Of a stretch of 64,000 nucleotides of DNA, positions 9,923-19,857 are shown piece by piece. Each line of letters begins with the position of its first letter. Within the stretch, counting starts at the first letter, position 1. The stretch lies in NCBI GenBank assembly GCA_963717935.1, contig CAVQXP010000004.1:416001-480000 (forward strand), in the 5' to 3' direction. The position numbers and the translations under genes were made by a program. Origin of the DNA: Candidatus Eiseniibacteriota bacterium. GTDB taxonomy: Bacteria; Eisenbacteria; RBG-16-71-46. The notes beneath the pieces are model-generated. The model was not told where the DNA came from. It searched no databases and saw nothing but the letters and a program-made list of their open reading frames with translations.

Positions 9923-12373
9923 CTACGGCGTCTCATCTTCGTCCATCCAGTAGAGCATCGCGCCCGGCGCGGGCATGCGCGTGGCGTCGCGCCACGCCCC
10001 GCCCACGATCCGGCCGATGAGCTGCTGCAGCAGGCCGGGACATGGCCGGCGATACTCGAGCAGCCGGATCCTGGCGCCCTCCGGGACCCGCGCGCGACGG
10101 CGCGCCTCGGCCACGGCGTCCTCGAGCCCGCCGATCTGGTCCACGAGGCGCCGCTCGAGCGCGTCCTCGCCCATCCAGACGCGCCCCTGCGCCACGGCGT
10201 GCACTTCGTCCCAGGTCATGCTGCGGCCGGCGGCGACCAGCTCGACGAAGCGGTGGTAGAAGCGCAGCGTGGCCGAGTCGGCGGCGGCCTGATCGGCACT
10301 CGTCCAGTCGCGGTTCGTGGACCAGCCGCGCATCCACGCGCCGCGCCCGAAGTCGTCCTGCCGCACGCCGTGCTTCGCGTAGAACTGCTCGAGCGACGGC
10401 TTGATGGTCACGATGCCGATCGAGCCGGTGCGGGTGAAGCGATCGGCGTAGATGCGGTCCGCGCCGGTCGAGATGTAGTAGCCGCCGCTGCCCGCCACAC
10501 CACCCATCGAGACGATGAGCGGCTTCTTCGTCTCCCGCTTCAGCCGCAGCGTGGCGTGGTGGATCAGGTCCGAGGCCAGCGCCGAGCCCCCCGGGCTCTC
10601 GACGCGCAGTACCACCGCCCTCACCCCGGGACGCTCGAACGCGCGCTCGAGCTGGGCGATCACGGTCTCCGAGCCCATCGAGGGGCCCAGCAGCAGATCG
10701 CCGCCGCTCCTGCCGGTCTCGATGCCGCCGCTCGCATAGACCACGGCCACGGGCGCGGGCACGGCCCACTCGCGGCGCGCCTCGGGCCGGCGGTCGAGCA
10801 CCACCCGGCGCGGCCTCTCCCCCAGCCCGCACAGGCGGCCCAGCACGGCCAGCGCATCCTCGCGGTAGCCGACCGAGTCGATGAGGCCCGCCTGCCGCAG
10901 GTCGCTCGCGCGCCAGGGCCGGCCATCGAGCAGCGTGAGGAGGCGGTCGCGGTCCATCCCGCGGTCGGCCACCAGGGCCGAGACCAGCAACTCCTGGCTC
11001 ACGTCGAGCCCGCGCTCGATCGCCTCGCGGTCGGCGTCGCTGGTGGAGTCCACGCTGAAGTTGCGGTACGCCGACTTGTACCTGCCGTAGGACGTGCGGT
11101 CCACCCGGATACCCAGGCCGGCGAGCAGGCCGCGGTAGTAGCGCCTCTCGACGCGCAGGCCCAGCGGGACCGGATCGGCTTCGGGCGGCATCACGATGCG
11201 GTCGCAGGCCCCGGCCAGGTAGAGGTCGGCGCGCCCGCCGCCGTACTCCATGAACGCGACCACCGGCTTCCCCGCCGCGCGCAGGCGCGCCAGCCGCGGC
11301 CGCAGCTCCTCGATCTGCGCCATGTTGCCGACTCCGCGCAGGTCGAGGAACACGCCGCGCGTGAGCGGGTCCTCGAGCGCCCGCCGCAACTGGTCGTGCA
11401 GCGGCCCCACCGGCGTGAAGTCGCTGCCACCCATGAGCGAGAAGCCCGAAAGCGCGTCGTCGCCCAGCACGCCGGCCGCGCGCACCACGGCCACGCGCCG
11501 TTCGTGACGGCCCGCCAGCAGGGTGCGCTCCTCGCCCGAGTGGAGCAAGACGGCGTAGCTGTCGTAGCGTCGGCGGCCGTCCACCGAGGCGCGCTGCGCC
11601 GCGCTGCCGCCGTTGACGCCGCGCAACGCCACGCCCAGGTGCAGGCCGCGGTGGTCCTCGACCGTGCCGCGCAGCAGCACGCCGGGGAGCGCCTCCAGTT
11701 CGCCGCCGAAGCGCACCCGCGCCTGATCCCGCCGGCCGGCCTCCGCCAGGACGACGTCCGACGTGAGCGTCAGCCGCGTGCCCCAGCCGTGTGCCAGCGC
11801 GGGGCTCAGCGCGAACGGGCGCAGGCCGAGCGCGAGCGTGTACTCGCGGGTCCACCGCTCGCCGCTGAGGACCGGCTGGGACAGGTGGTCGGCCACGCCC
11901 CCGAGCGCGAGCCAGGGCGCGGGGCGCGACAGCACCCCGATGCGGTGGTCGGCGACCACCTCGTGCGTGCGTGCGTCCACCCGCCAGTCGTTCGCCAGCC
12001 CCCACCGCAGCGCCGTCCCGCCCACCGCCAGCGTGAAACCGTAGCGCTGCGACAGGTCCTTCACGTGCTCGCCCTGCAGCGCGAAGCCCCCGAGACCGAT
12101 CGCCCAGCGATGGATCCGGCCACCGTCCTCGAAGCTGGTCCCTGAGCCGGCCACCTCGGCCGGATGGCGCACGCCGAGACCGGCCGGGTTGTAGAACACG
12201 GAGAAAGCGCCCTCGGCGCAGGCCGCGCTCTCGTTGCCGTAGAGCAGGAGCGGTTGCGCAGGTGTCGGCGTCCCGGCGCCGGCGGACGCGGCCCCGCACG
12301 CGGTCAGTGCCAGGACCGCGATCAGGCGGTGCAGCGGGGCCCGGAACCCGGGGCCGGGCCGGCGGGGCGTCAC
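9923..12373 (-). CDS. sppA: Signal peptide peptidase SppA (S49, two-domain form) with an N-terminal beta-barrel-like domain
   Basis: GTG 12373 overlaps the nth stop (GTGA). Catalytic Lys in GRYKSA, Ser in SMGGVAGSGGYY, plus VESPGGS, TGSIGI, AQGRVWMG and LVDQIGG motifs. Confidence 0.88.
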   Translation of the reverse strand: MTPRRPGPGFRAPLHRLIAVLALTACGAASAGAGTPTPAQPLLLYGNESAACAEGAFSVFYNPAGLGVRHPAEVAGSGTSFEDGGRIHRWAIGLGGFALQGEHVKDLSQRYGFTLAVGGTALRWGLANDWRVDARTHEVVADHRIGVLSRPAPWLALGGVADHLSQPVLSGERWTREYTLALGLRPFALSPALAHGWGTRLTLTSDVVLAEAGRRDQARVRFGGELEALPGVLLRGTVEDHRGLHLGVALRGVNGGSAAQRASVDGRRRYDSYAVLLHSGEERTLLAGRHERRVAVVRAAGVLGDDALSGFSLMGGSDFTPVGPLHDQLRRALEDPLTRGVFLDLRGVGNMAQIEELRPRLARLRAAGKPVVAFMEYGGGRADLYLAGACDRIVMPPEADPVPLGLRVERRYYRGLLAGLGIRVDRTSYGRYKSAYRNFSVDSTSDADREAIERGLDVSQELLVSALVADRGMDRDRLLTLLDGRPWRASDLRQAGLIDSVGYREDALAVLGRLCGLGERPRRVVLDRRPEARREWAVPAPVAVVYASGGIETGRSGGDLLLGPSMGSETVIAQLERAFERPGVRAVVLRVESPGGSALASDLIHHATLRLKRETKKPLIVSMGGVAGSGGYYISTGADRIYADRFTRTGSIGIVTIKPSLEQFYAKHGVRQDDFGRGAWMRGWSTNRDWTSADQAAADSATLRFYHRFVELVAAGRSMTWDEVHAVAQGRVWMGEDALERRLVDQIGGLEDAVAEARRRARVPEGARIRLLEYRRPCPGLLQQLIGRIVGGAWRDATRMPAPGAMLYWMDEDETP

Positions 12374-13266
12374 TGTGACGACTCGACCCGGAGGCGCGGG
12401 CAATGAGGGAGCAGGGGGCAGATCGAGCAGCGCGGCTTGCGCGCCAGGCACACGCGCCGCCCGTGGAAGATGAGCCAGAGCGAGAAGGCGGACCACCTCG
12501 CGGGCGGGACCTGGGGCTGGAGCGCGAACTCGATCCTGACCGGGTCCCGCTCCTGCGTCAGCCCCAGGCGCTGCGCGAGGCGCTGCACGTGCGTGTCCAC
12601 GACGATGCCCGGGACACCGAAGACGCTTCCGAGCACGACGTTCGCGGTCTTGCGCCCCACGCCGTGCAGCGCGGTCAGATCCTCCAGGGCGCATGGCACC
12701 TCGCCATCGTGCCGCGCCACGAGCTCGGTGCAGCAGAGCTGGATGGCCCTGGCCTTGTTGCGGTAGAAGCCCGTCGAGCGGATGAGCCCCTCGAGCTCGT
12801 TGCGGTCCGCGGCGGCGAGCGCCGCGGCGTCGGGGAAACGCTCGAAGAGCGCGGGCGTGACCAGGTTCACGCGCGCGTCGGTGCATTGCGCCGAGAGGAT
12901 CGTGGCGACCAGCAACTGCAGGGCGTTCGCGTGGACGAGCGGCGTGGTGGCGTCCGGGTAGAGGCGCTCGAGGATGCCGAGCAGGGCCGTGAGACGGGCC
13001 GGCTCGGCACCCGCGCTGCGCGCGGGCCGGGTCGCGCCACGGGCCCGCGCGCGGGGCTTCGCCACGGGCGGGCTCTTCACCTTCGGCCGCGCGCCCCGCG
13101 GCGCATGCGCCGGCCCAGCGCCCGCGCGGGGGGCGGAGGCAGCACCCGCGCTGGAGACGCGCTTATGGGTGCGGCTGCCGCCGGGCGTGGCGCGCGGACG
13201 GCTCTTTCCCGGGAGGCCCGGATCGGAGGCGCGGCGGCGGCGGGAGCGCGGCGATTTGCGCGGCAT
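12370..13266 (-). CDS. nth: Endonuclease III with a basic N-terminal extension
   Basis: LSAQCTD, HhH motif LHGVGRKTANVV, VDTHV, and 4Fe-4S motif C-x6-C-x2-C-x5-C (CLARKPRCSICPLLPHC). Confidence 0.95.
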   Translation of the reverse strand: MPRKSPRSRRRRASDPGLPGKSRPRATPGGSRTHKRVSSAGAASAPRAGAGPAHAPRGARPKVKSPPVAKPRARARGATRPARSAGAEPARLTALLGILERLYPDATTPLVHANALQLLVATILSAQCTDARVNLVTPALFERFPDAAALAAADRNELEGLIRSTGFYRNKARAIQLCCTELVARHDGEVPCALEDLTALHGVGRKTANVVLGSVFGVPGIVVDTHVQRLAQRLGLTQERDPVRIEFALQPQVPPARWSAFSLWLIFHGRRVCLARKPRCSICPLLPHCPRLRVESSQ

Positions 13267-13402
13267 GGTGCGGCGAGACTAGCGAGGCCCCTGCCACGAG
13301 GCAAGGAGGAGTGCGTGTTGCGGTGGGCCGAAGAGCGCCGCCACGATGACGCCGGGCCCGGGCGCGCGCGCCGCCCGGGCCCGGCGAGCCTTCCCCGCGG
13401 CC

Positions 13403-14227
13403 TCAGAACCCCCAGGAGATCCCGAAGCGCATGCCGAGGCCGTTCATCTTGACCACGTCGCGCACCGTCACGAGGCCGAGGTCGGGGACATACAGGTCCA
13501 CGTCGCTGCCGACCTCGGAGCCGTTGTAGAACACCTCGCCGTTGATGCGCGTACGGCCGTTGAGCGGGATGCCGGCACCACCCCACACCTGCCACCCGAA
13601 ACCACCGAAGGCCTGGTCGAACGACTCGCTGGTCACGTAGTTGTCGGCCGTGAGGAAGAGCCACTCGTAGCCCACCCCGAAGCCACCGTACGGGATGACG
13701 GGCAGGTTCTCGTCGCCGCTCACCTGCACGAACGCCAGGACGGGCAGCAGGTCCGCGCTGGTCTTCGACAGGATGAGCTCCTCGCTGGCGGTGCCGACCG
13801 GCAGGTCATACGAGCCGAGGTCCATGGTCGCGCTTTCCGACCTGTGCCACCAGTCCAGGGCCACGCCGATCTGCACGTGCGGGTCCACCTGCGGGCCCAT
13901 GCGGAAACCGCCCACGAGACCGGTGGAGAAGTTGTCGGTCGGGTCGAAGAAGCCGACGTGCACCTGCGTCGTGGTCGGCATCACCGAGGCGCGCGAGCGA
14001 TAGGCGCGCGGGCGGTAGCCGACTCCGCCCACGAACGGGGTCGCGAGGGCGAGCGTGGGCGGTGCGGCGGCCTCCGCCGCGACGACGGTGGTCGGCGTCA
14101 CGCTCACGAGCGGCATCGGGAAGGACGGGTTCTGCAGAAGGCCCCCGGAGGCGCCGGGACTCGCCGCCGCGGCGGCCGGGAGCAGTAGTGCGGCCGCGAG
14201 CGCGGCCATCCACAGGCAGGTGCGCAT
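13403..14227 (-). CDS. Small outer-membrane beta-barrel protein
   Basis: Signal peptide MRTCLWMAALAAALLLPAAAAA, alternating beta strands, PYGGFGVGY motif, terminal GISWGF (aromatic BAM-type end). Confidence 0.8.
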   Translation of the reverse strand: MRTCLWMAALAAALLLPAAAAASPGASGGLLQNPSFPMPLVSVTPTTVVAAEAAAPPTLALATPFVGGVGYRPRAYRSRASVMPTTTQVHVGFFDPTDNFSTGLVGGFRMGPQVDPHVQIGVALDWWHRSESATMDLGSYDLPVGTASEELILSKTSADLLPVLAFVQVSGDENLPVIPYGGFGVGYEWLFLTADNYVTSESFDQAFGGFGWQVWGGAGIPLNGRTRINGEVFYNGSEVGSDVDLYVPDLGLVTVRDVVKMNGLGMRFGISWGF

Positions 14228-14433
14228 ATCGGATACCCTCCGTGCTGGGTGGGGCTCGGGCCGGGGACGACGACACTGTTCCCTCGCACGGCCCGTGCCG
14301 GACCATCCGTTGCTTCCGGACGCCCCATGATAGCCTCTTCCGCCGCAAAGACGTGCATCGGGCATCACCCCCGTGGCAAGGCGGTCGCGAGGTGTTGCGG
14401 CCCTGCCGCACCACGTATAGGTTCGGAGGTCCC

Positions 14434-15294
14434 ATGGCCGCACTCTTCCCGTTCCTGACCGCGCTGCTGGTGGCCACCGCGGCCGGCACCGGCGCCCCGC
14501 CCACGTCGCCCGTCCGCGCGGCCGGCCCGACGCTCGCGACCGAAGACACCCTGTACACCGAGGTGCCCCCGGTGCTCGTGAGCGCGCCGCGGGTCACGCT
14601 CGACGAGATCCTCGGCCGCGTGGCCCGCGGCGAGCGCCGGCGCGACTCCCTCATGACCGATCAGAGCTACCTCGTCACCGTGCGGGTGGTGCGCAACGCC
14701 GACAGGAAGCGGCCCACCGAGTTGCTGGTCGAGAACGTCTCGCGCGTCTACAAGAAGAAGCCCGACCTCGTGCGCACCCAGGTGCTGCGCGACTACAAGG
14801 CGCACGCCAGGAAGAAGGGCGCGCGGGTCGAGGTCAGCCTCCGCGAGCGCGCCGGGATGGACGAGGAGATCGTGAACTTCGCCTTCCGCCCGGAGGCGCG
14901 GCGCCAGTTCCGCTACCACATCCTGGGCCGCGACCTGGTCGGCGACCACCTCATCTACCGCGTCGCCTTCGAGCCGCGCTCGCTGCTCGACTCCTCGAAG
15001 CCGCGAGGCGTGGTGTGGATCGACACCAACGACTTCGTCATCGTGCGCCAGGAGTTGATCTTCGACCGCTCGCCGCTGGCGCCTTTCATCAAGGGCGTCC
15101 ACCGCTTCGTCATCGAGCGGCAGAACGTGGATGGATCCTGGGTGTTGAAGCGCCTGCTCCTGCGCGCGGAAGCCGCGATCCCGCTTCCCGAGCTGGGAAA
15201 GAACTTCGACTTCTCCATCCGCTTCGACGACTACGCCATCAACCGCGGCCTGCCCGACTCGCTCTTCGCCAGGCAGGCGGAGGTGAAGCGATGA
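14434..15294 (+). CDS. Secreted protein resembling the N-terminal half of DUF5686 proteins
   Basis: GGAGG RBS; signal peptide; FRYHILG..IYRVAFEPR..GVVWIDTNDFVIVR pattern; ends YAINRGLPDSLF. Confidence 0.55.
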   Translation: MAALFPFLTALLVATAAGTGAPPTSPVRAAGPTLATEDTLYTEVPPVLVSAPRVTLDEILGRVARGERRRDSLMTDQSYLVTVRVVRNADRKRPTELLVENVSRVYKKKPDLVRTQVLRDYKAHARKKGARVEVSLRERAGMDEEIVNFAFRPEARRQFRYHILGRDLVGDHLIYRVAFEPRSLLDSSKPRGVVWIDTNDFVIVRQELIFDRSPLAPFIKGVHRFVIERQNVDGSWVLKRLLLRAEAAIPLPELGKNFDFSIRFDDYAINRGLPDSLFARQAEVKR

Positions 15295-16622
15295 AGACGC
15301 TCCGGCTCTCCCTGATCGCCCTGGCGCTCGCCGTCACCGCGCCGCCGCTCGCCCTCGCACAGGCGCCCGCCGCGCCCGACACGAGTCTCGGCGGGTTCCT
15401 CGAGCAGCTCTCCGACTCGACCGACCGCTACTTCGGAATCTCCGCCGCGCCCACGGACACGGCGGGCCTCGACACCGTGCTCGCCGACACGGCCACGCGC
15501 CCGCGACGCCGGCTCGAGTTCGGTTTCTGGCCGACCTTCGACTTCAGCCGCGTGGACGGCTCGACGCCGGGTTGCTCGGGCTCGCTCGGCATCACGGCGC
15601 CCGAGCCGGGCCGCGCCGGCTGGGGGCGGCTCCGGGGCGGGATCGCGCGCGCCAACGGCCCGCGCGTGACGCTCGGGAACGTCCGCTACGCGAACCGCCT
15701 CTGGCTCGGCCACCAGCCGTTCGACCTGGACCTGTGGGGCGGGCGGAAGACCGCTCACCTGGACCGCGATGACGAGAATCTGTTCGGCCGGGTGGGCGCC
15801 TTCCTCACCGGCAGCGACTGGACGCAGTACTACCGCGACGAGGGCTTCGCGGGTTCGGTCGCGCACCCGCATGGCTGGTGGCGGGCGAGCGCCGGCTACC
15901 GCGACCTGCTCCAGTCGCCGCTGCACACCACGGCGACCTGGAACCTCCTGGACCAGGACCTCGAGATGCCCGGGAATCTGGCCGCGACGCGCGGCCGGGC
16001 CCACGAACTGGAGTACACGGCGGCCGCGCGCTGGCCGCGCCTGCCGCTGCACACCGAGATCGGCTACCAGACCTCGAGTCGGCGCCTGGGCAGCGACTTC
16101 GAGTACCGGCGCGTGCGCGCGGCGGTGGGCCTCGACCTGTCGCTCGGGCATGTCGCCTCGCTCGTGCCGCAGTTCGCCTGGGGGCGCCTGACGGGCGACG
16201 AGGTGCCGCAGGCCTCGTTCTATCTCGGCGGCCGCGAGATGCTCCGCAGCCTGCCCCGCGACCAGCTCGGCGGCACGGGCATGGCGCTCGCGAAGCTGGA
16301 CCTGATCGGCGCGCAGGACCTGCTCGCGCTCCTGCACATCCCGCACCCGGCGATGCTGCCGCTGCAGGGCGCGCTCTTCGCCGCCAGCGGCGCCACGTGG
16401 GGGCGCGATCCCTACACCGGCGCGGTCGTGCGGGGTGGCGACTGGCCCGACCCGCGGGACTGGGTGAGCGAGGCGGGCGTGTCGCTGCTCTACGCCTCGG
16501 CGCTGTTCCCGCCCCTGCACTTCTCCTACGCCTGGCCCATCGGCCCGCGCGCGGGCGAGGGACGCTGGTCCGTGTCGTTCTCGCGGCCGCTCGACCTGCT
16601 GCGCACCGAGCTGGAAGAGTAG
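15291..16622 (+). CDS. Outer-membrane beta-barrel protein resembling the C-terminal half of DUF5686
   Basis: ATGA overlap with the upstream gene; signal peptide MKTLRLSLIALALA; FSRVDG motif; SDFEYRR, FYLGG..LRS and EAGVS patterns typical of Omp85/DUF5686 barrels. Confidence 0.6.
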   Translation: MKTLRLSLIALALAVTAPPLALAQAPAAPDTSLGGFLEQLSDSTDRYFGISAAPTDTAGLDTVLADTATRPRRRLEFGFWPTFDFSRVDGSTPGCSGSLGITAPEPGRAGWGRLRGGIARANGPRVTLGNVRYANRLWLGHQPFDLDLWGGRKTAHLDRDDENLFGRVGAFLTGSDWTQYYRDEGFAGSVAHPHGWWRASAGYRDLLQSPLHTTATWNLLDQDLEMPGNLAATRGRAHELEYTAAARWPRLPLHTEIGYQTSSRRLGSDFEYRRVRAAVGLDLSLGHVASLVPQFAWGRLTGDEVPQASFYLGGREMLRSLPRDQLGGTGMALAKLDLIGAQDLLALLHIPHPAMLPLQGALFAASGATWGRDPYTGAVVRGGDWPDPRDWVSEAGVSLLYASALFPPLHFSYAWPIGPRAGEGRWSVSFSRPLDLLRTELEE

Positions 16623-16660
16623 CGGAAGCGAAGGCGACACACCGGGGCCCGGATCGAAAT

Positions 16661-16692
16661 GGGCCCCCGGCGGATCGCTCCGCCGGGGGCCC
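16661..16692. terminator. Hairpin between convergent genes
   Basis: Perfect 14-bp stem GGGCCCCCGGCGGA / TCCGCCGGGGGCCC with a 4-nt loop. Confidence 0.65.
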
Positions 16693-16762
16693 TGCCGTCA
16701 CGCCGGGCCCGTCCCCTTGCCCTGGCACCTTGCGAGCCGGCGCGACGAGCCGCCTGCTTCGC

Positions 16763-17086
16763 TCAGATCGCGCGGCCGTTGTGCCGCAGCCGCTGGATCA
16801 TGGCGTCCTGCCGGTCGAGCGCGCGGTGCAGCCGGACGCGCTCGCGCGGTCCGACCCGGCCATCCGTCCGGGTGCGCAGTTCCATGCGGCGGATGTGGCG
16901 CTGGCCCTGCCGCAGGCGGTACGTCTCGCGCCGTGTGAGCTGGCCCGCGCGCACGCCCTGGCGGATACGCAATTCCTGGCGCAGGACGCGGCGCTCGGGG
17001 TCGCGGGGACAGGTCTGTGCCGCGGCGACTCCTGCGATCGAGACCGTGAGTGCGATCGCCATGATCAGCATCGTGAAGCGCTTCAT
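16763..17086 (-). CDS. Small secreted Arg-rich helical protein
   Basis: AGGAGG RBS; signal peptide; RIRQGVRAGQLTRRE...DGRVGPRER pattern seen in many uncharacterised periplasmic proteins. Confidence 0.8.
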   Translation of the reverse strand: MKRFTMLIMAIALTVSIAGVAAAQTCPRDPERRVLRQELRIRQGVRAGQLTRRETYRLRQGQRHIRRMELRTRTDGRVGPRERVRLHRALDRQDAMIQRLRHNGRAI

Positions 17087-17149
17087 GAGGTCCTCCTGGT
17101 TCGGTGGTGTCCGTGTAGCGCGGGGAGCGCACTGTTGGTCCGGAACAGG

Positions 17150-17165
17150 AGCAGGTGGCGTGCCG
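17150..17165 (-). promoter_or_regulatory. Candidate sigma54 (-24/-12) promoter
   Basis: Minus strand CGGCACGCCACCTGCT (GG-N10-GC), 64 nt upstream of ATG 17086. Confidence 0.4.
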
Positions 17166-17343
17166 CACCCCGGCCGTCGCAGCGAGTGACCGGGCGTTCA
17201 TCGGCTTAGCGCCGGGCCGGGCCCGGCGCGCGCCGCGTCAGGCGCCCCACGATGCCCCGGGCGGGTCAGTCACGGCGGTCCGGAGTGGACGGCGCGGGAC
17301 AAGCCGCGGCCCGCATGTCCGGACTTCGTCCGGTCGCGGCCGC

Positions 17344-18171
17344 CTATCCCGGGATCTCGATCGTGCCCTCGAGGTAGGGCGCCGCGTGGCCGGCGATGAT
17401 GACGCGCTCGCCCAGGTCCTCGCAGAACAACTCCCCGCCGCGCGCCGACACCTGCCGCGCGTGGAGCGTGCGCTTGCCCAGCCGGTGCGCCCAGTAGGGG
17501 ATGAGCGTGCAGTGAGCCGAGCCCGTGACCGGGTCCTCGGGCACGCCGACCAGGGGCGCGAAGAAGCGCGAGACGAAGTCGCAGTCGCGCCCCGGCGCGG
17601 TGACGCACACCGCGTGCACGCCGAGCGCGGCCACGCGCGTGAAGTCGGGCCGGAGCGCGCGGACCTCGTCCTCGCTCGCGTAGACCGCCAGCAGGTCGCG
17701 GGACATCAGGGTCTCGCGCGGCGGGGCGCCGAGCGCCGCGGCGAGCCCCTTCGGGGCCTCGCACTCGACCGCCCGGCGCGAGGGGAACTCCATGGCCAGC
17801 AGGGCGCCACAGCGCTCCACGATGAGCGGACCGCTCTTCGAGTGGAACGTCACGCTGGTGCGCGTGGGGTCGAGCCAGTGGAAGATCACGAAGGCCGTGG
17901 CCAGGGTCGGGTGGCCGGCCAGGTCGATCTCGGCCGCGGGCGTGAACCAGCGGATGTCGTAGTCGCGCCCCGGGCCGCTGGCATAACCGTCTTCGGCCGG
18001 CGTCCCGACGGAGGCCGGGACGAAGAACGCCGTCTCGGACAGGTTGTTCTCCGTGGCGATGGCCTGCATCAGGCGGTCGTCGATCCAGCGCTCGAGCGGA
18101 CAGACCGCCGCCGGGTTGCCGCCGAACACGTCGCCCGTGAAGGCGTCCACCTGGAAGAGCGGGAGCTTCAT
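17344..18171 (-). CDS. PhzF family isomerase
   Basis: QVDAFT..GNPAAV, NLSETAF, IRWFTP..EIDLAGHPT, EDPVTGSAHC; ATGA overlap with the GNAT gene. Confidence 0.92.
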   Translation of the reverse strand: MKLPLFQVDAFTGDVFGGNPAAVCPLERWIDDRLMQAIATENNLSETAFFVPASVGTPAEDGYASGPGRDYDIRWFTPAAEIDLAGHPTLATAFVIFHWLDPTRTSVTFHSKSGPLIVERCGALLAMEFPSRRAVECEAPKGLAAALGAPPRETLMSRDLLAVYASEDEVRALRPDFTRVAALGVHAVCVTAPGRDCDFVSRFFAPLVGVPEDPVTGSAHCTLIPYWAHRLGKRTLHARQVSARGGELFCEDLGERVIIAGHAAPYLEGTIEIPG

Positions 18172-18680
18172 CGCGCCACCTCGCCCGCGGGCCGCCCGGA
18201 CCCGCCCGGCCGCGACTCGAGCACCAGCTCCATGAACATCGCGCCCGGGAGCGGGTTGTGGCGGTAGGGCTCCGCCGGCACGAAGCCCAGCGCGCGGTAG
18301 AGCGCGACGGCCTCCACCATCTGCGCGACGGTGTCGAGCATCATGCGCGCGTAGCCGCGGGCCCGCGCCTCGGCGATCACCGCATCGCACAGCAGCCGGC
18401 CGATGCCGCGGCCGCGCGCCTCCCGCCGGACGTAGAGCCGCTTCAGTTCGCAGGCCCGTCCGTCCAGGGCCCGCAGGGCCACGCAACCCGCGGCCCGCCC
18501 ATCCTCCGTGGCCAGCAGCAGCGTGCCGCCCGGCGGCGCGTACTCGCCGGGCAGCGAAGCCAGCTCGCGGTCGAAGTCCTGGAAGCACAGGTCGAAATCG
18601 AGCATGGAAGCGTACTCGAGGAACAACGCGCGAGCGTCGTGCAGCTGGGCGGCGGTGCGGGCCGGGACGATGTCGATCAC
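18168..18680 (-). CDS. GNAT family N-acetyltransferase
   Basis: ELKRLYV, acetyl-CoA motif RGRGIGR, ALYRALGF. Confidence 0.92.
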   Translation of the reverse strand: MIDIVPARTAAQLHDARALFLEYASMLDFDLCFQDFDRELASLPGEYAPPGGTLLLATEDGRAAGCVALRALDGRACELKRLYVRREARGRGIGRLLCDAVIAEARARGYARMMLDTVAQMVEAVALYRALGFVPAEPYRHNPLPGAMFMELVLESRPGGSGRPAGEVAR

Positions 18681-18780
18681 GGCCGCGAGGTTAGCAGAGA
18701 GACCGTGCCGGAATCACGCCGCGCGTCGACCGGTAGCCCGCGTCCTTCCGCCCCGCGGGAGCCACCCCCGCCCGTACCGC

Positions 18781-19716
18781 TCACCGGCCGGTCACGGGCA
18801 GGGGGACGTCGGCGTCCGCGGCGGTCCGGCTGCGGGCCGAGACCACGACCCCCGCGACGCAGACCAGCGCGGCCCCCACCCACTGATGGAGTCCCGGGGC
18901 GCGCGCGAACGAGAGCGCCTCGAACGCGTAGGTGATGACCACGCCGGCGTACGAGACGGCGCTGAGCCGCGCCGCGCGTCCCAGGCCGTAGGCGCGGCTC
19001 ATCGCGACCTGCCCGAGCCCGCCGGCCGCCGCGCTCGCCAGCAGCGGCACCAGCGCCCGCGGCGAGGGCACCACGAAGCGCGGCAACGACACCAGCAGCA
19101 GGGTCACGCCGGCCACGAGCGACATGTGCAGCGCGATGGCCTCGCTGCTCTCGCTCGGGCCCAGCCGGCGCAGCCGCAGGATGGCGAAGCCGTAGGAGAA
19201 CGCCCCCAGCAGCAGCGCCAGCGCCAGATCGCCCGAGACGCGCAGCGCCGGCTGCGCGAGCACCGCCACCCCGACGAAGCCGAGCGTGGCGCCGGCCAGC
19301 ACGCGCGGCGGCACCCGTTCACCGAGCACCGGCCCCGAGAACAGCGCCACGAACAGCGGCGCCGTCGCGGTGAGCGTGGCCACGTCGCCCAGGGCGATGC
19401 GCGTCGAGCCCAGCGCCAGGAACACCGCGAGCGCGTTCAGGGTGCCGAAGATCGAGCGCAGCCAGGCGTTCTTCTGGTCGCGCACCACGAGCGACACGCC
19501 GCGCGCGCGGCCGAGCCCCCAGGCCACCAGCGCGCCGCCCAGGAAGCGCACGCCGCCGATCTCCCAGCCCGGCAGGTCCACCGCGCCCCAGCGCGTCGCC
19601 ATGCGCATGAGCGCGAAACAGACCTCGGTGACCAGGATCCAGAAGACGCCGCTGCGCAGGAGACGGAACCGCGTCCCAGGACGCGCAGGTCGGCGTTGCT
19701 CGAGTGCGGCCAGCAT
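18781..19716 (-). CDS. DMT/EamA family transporter
   Basis: About 10 TM segments in two repeats; TAPLFVALFSGPVLGERV motif. Confidence 0.85.
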   Translation of the reverse strand: MLAALEQRRPARPGTRFRLLRSGVFWILVTEVCFALMRMATRWGAVDLPGWEIGGVRFLGGALVAWGLGRARGVSLVVRDQKNAWLRSIFGTLNALAVFLALGSTRIALGDVATLTATAPLFVALFSGPVLGERVPPRVLAGATLGFVGVAVLAQPALRVSGDLALALLLGAFSYGFAILRLRRLGPSESSEAIALHMSLVAGVTLLLVSLPRFVVPSPRALVPLLASAAAGGLGQVAMSRAYGLGRAARLSAVSYAGVVITYAFEALSFARAPGLHQWVGAALVCVAGVVVSARSRTAADADVPLPVTGR

Positions 19717-19857
19717 GACGGGGCAGCATCGCACGCCGGGCCCGCCCCGCGAAGGCGGCCCTGCGGGAGCACGGCCCGGCTCGCCGGAAACGCCGGTTCC
19801 GCCCGGGTGGAACTGCGCTTCTTCCGCCGTCCTTCCCGCGGTAGACTCCCCCACGCA

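Noticed and set aside
18508..19857. 450-aa N-terminal extension of the kinase
   Set aside because: It is antisense to the EamA gene. The kinase has a typical start at MPLAPGMRLGPYEI.
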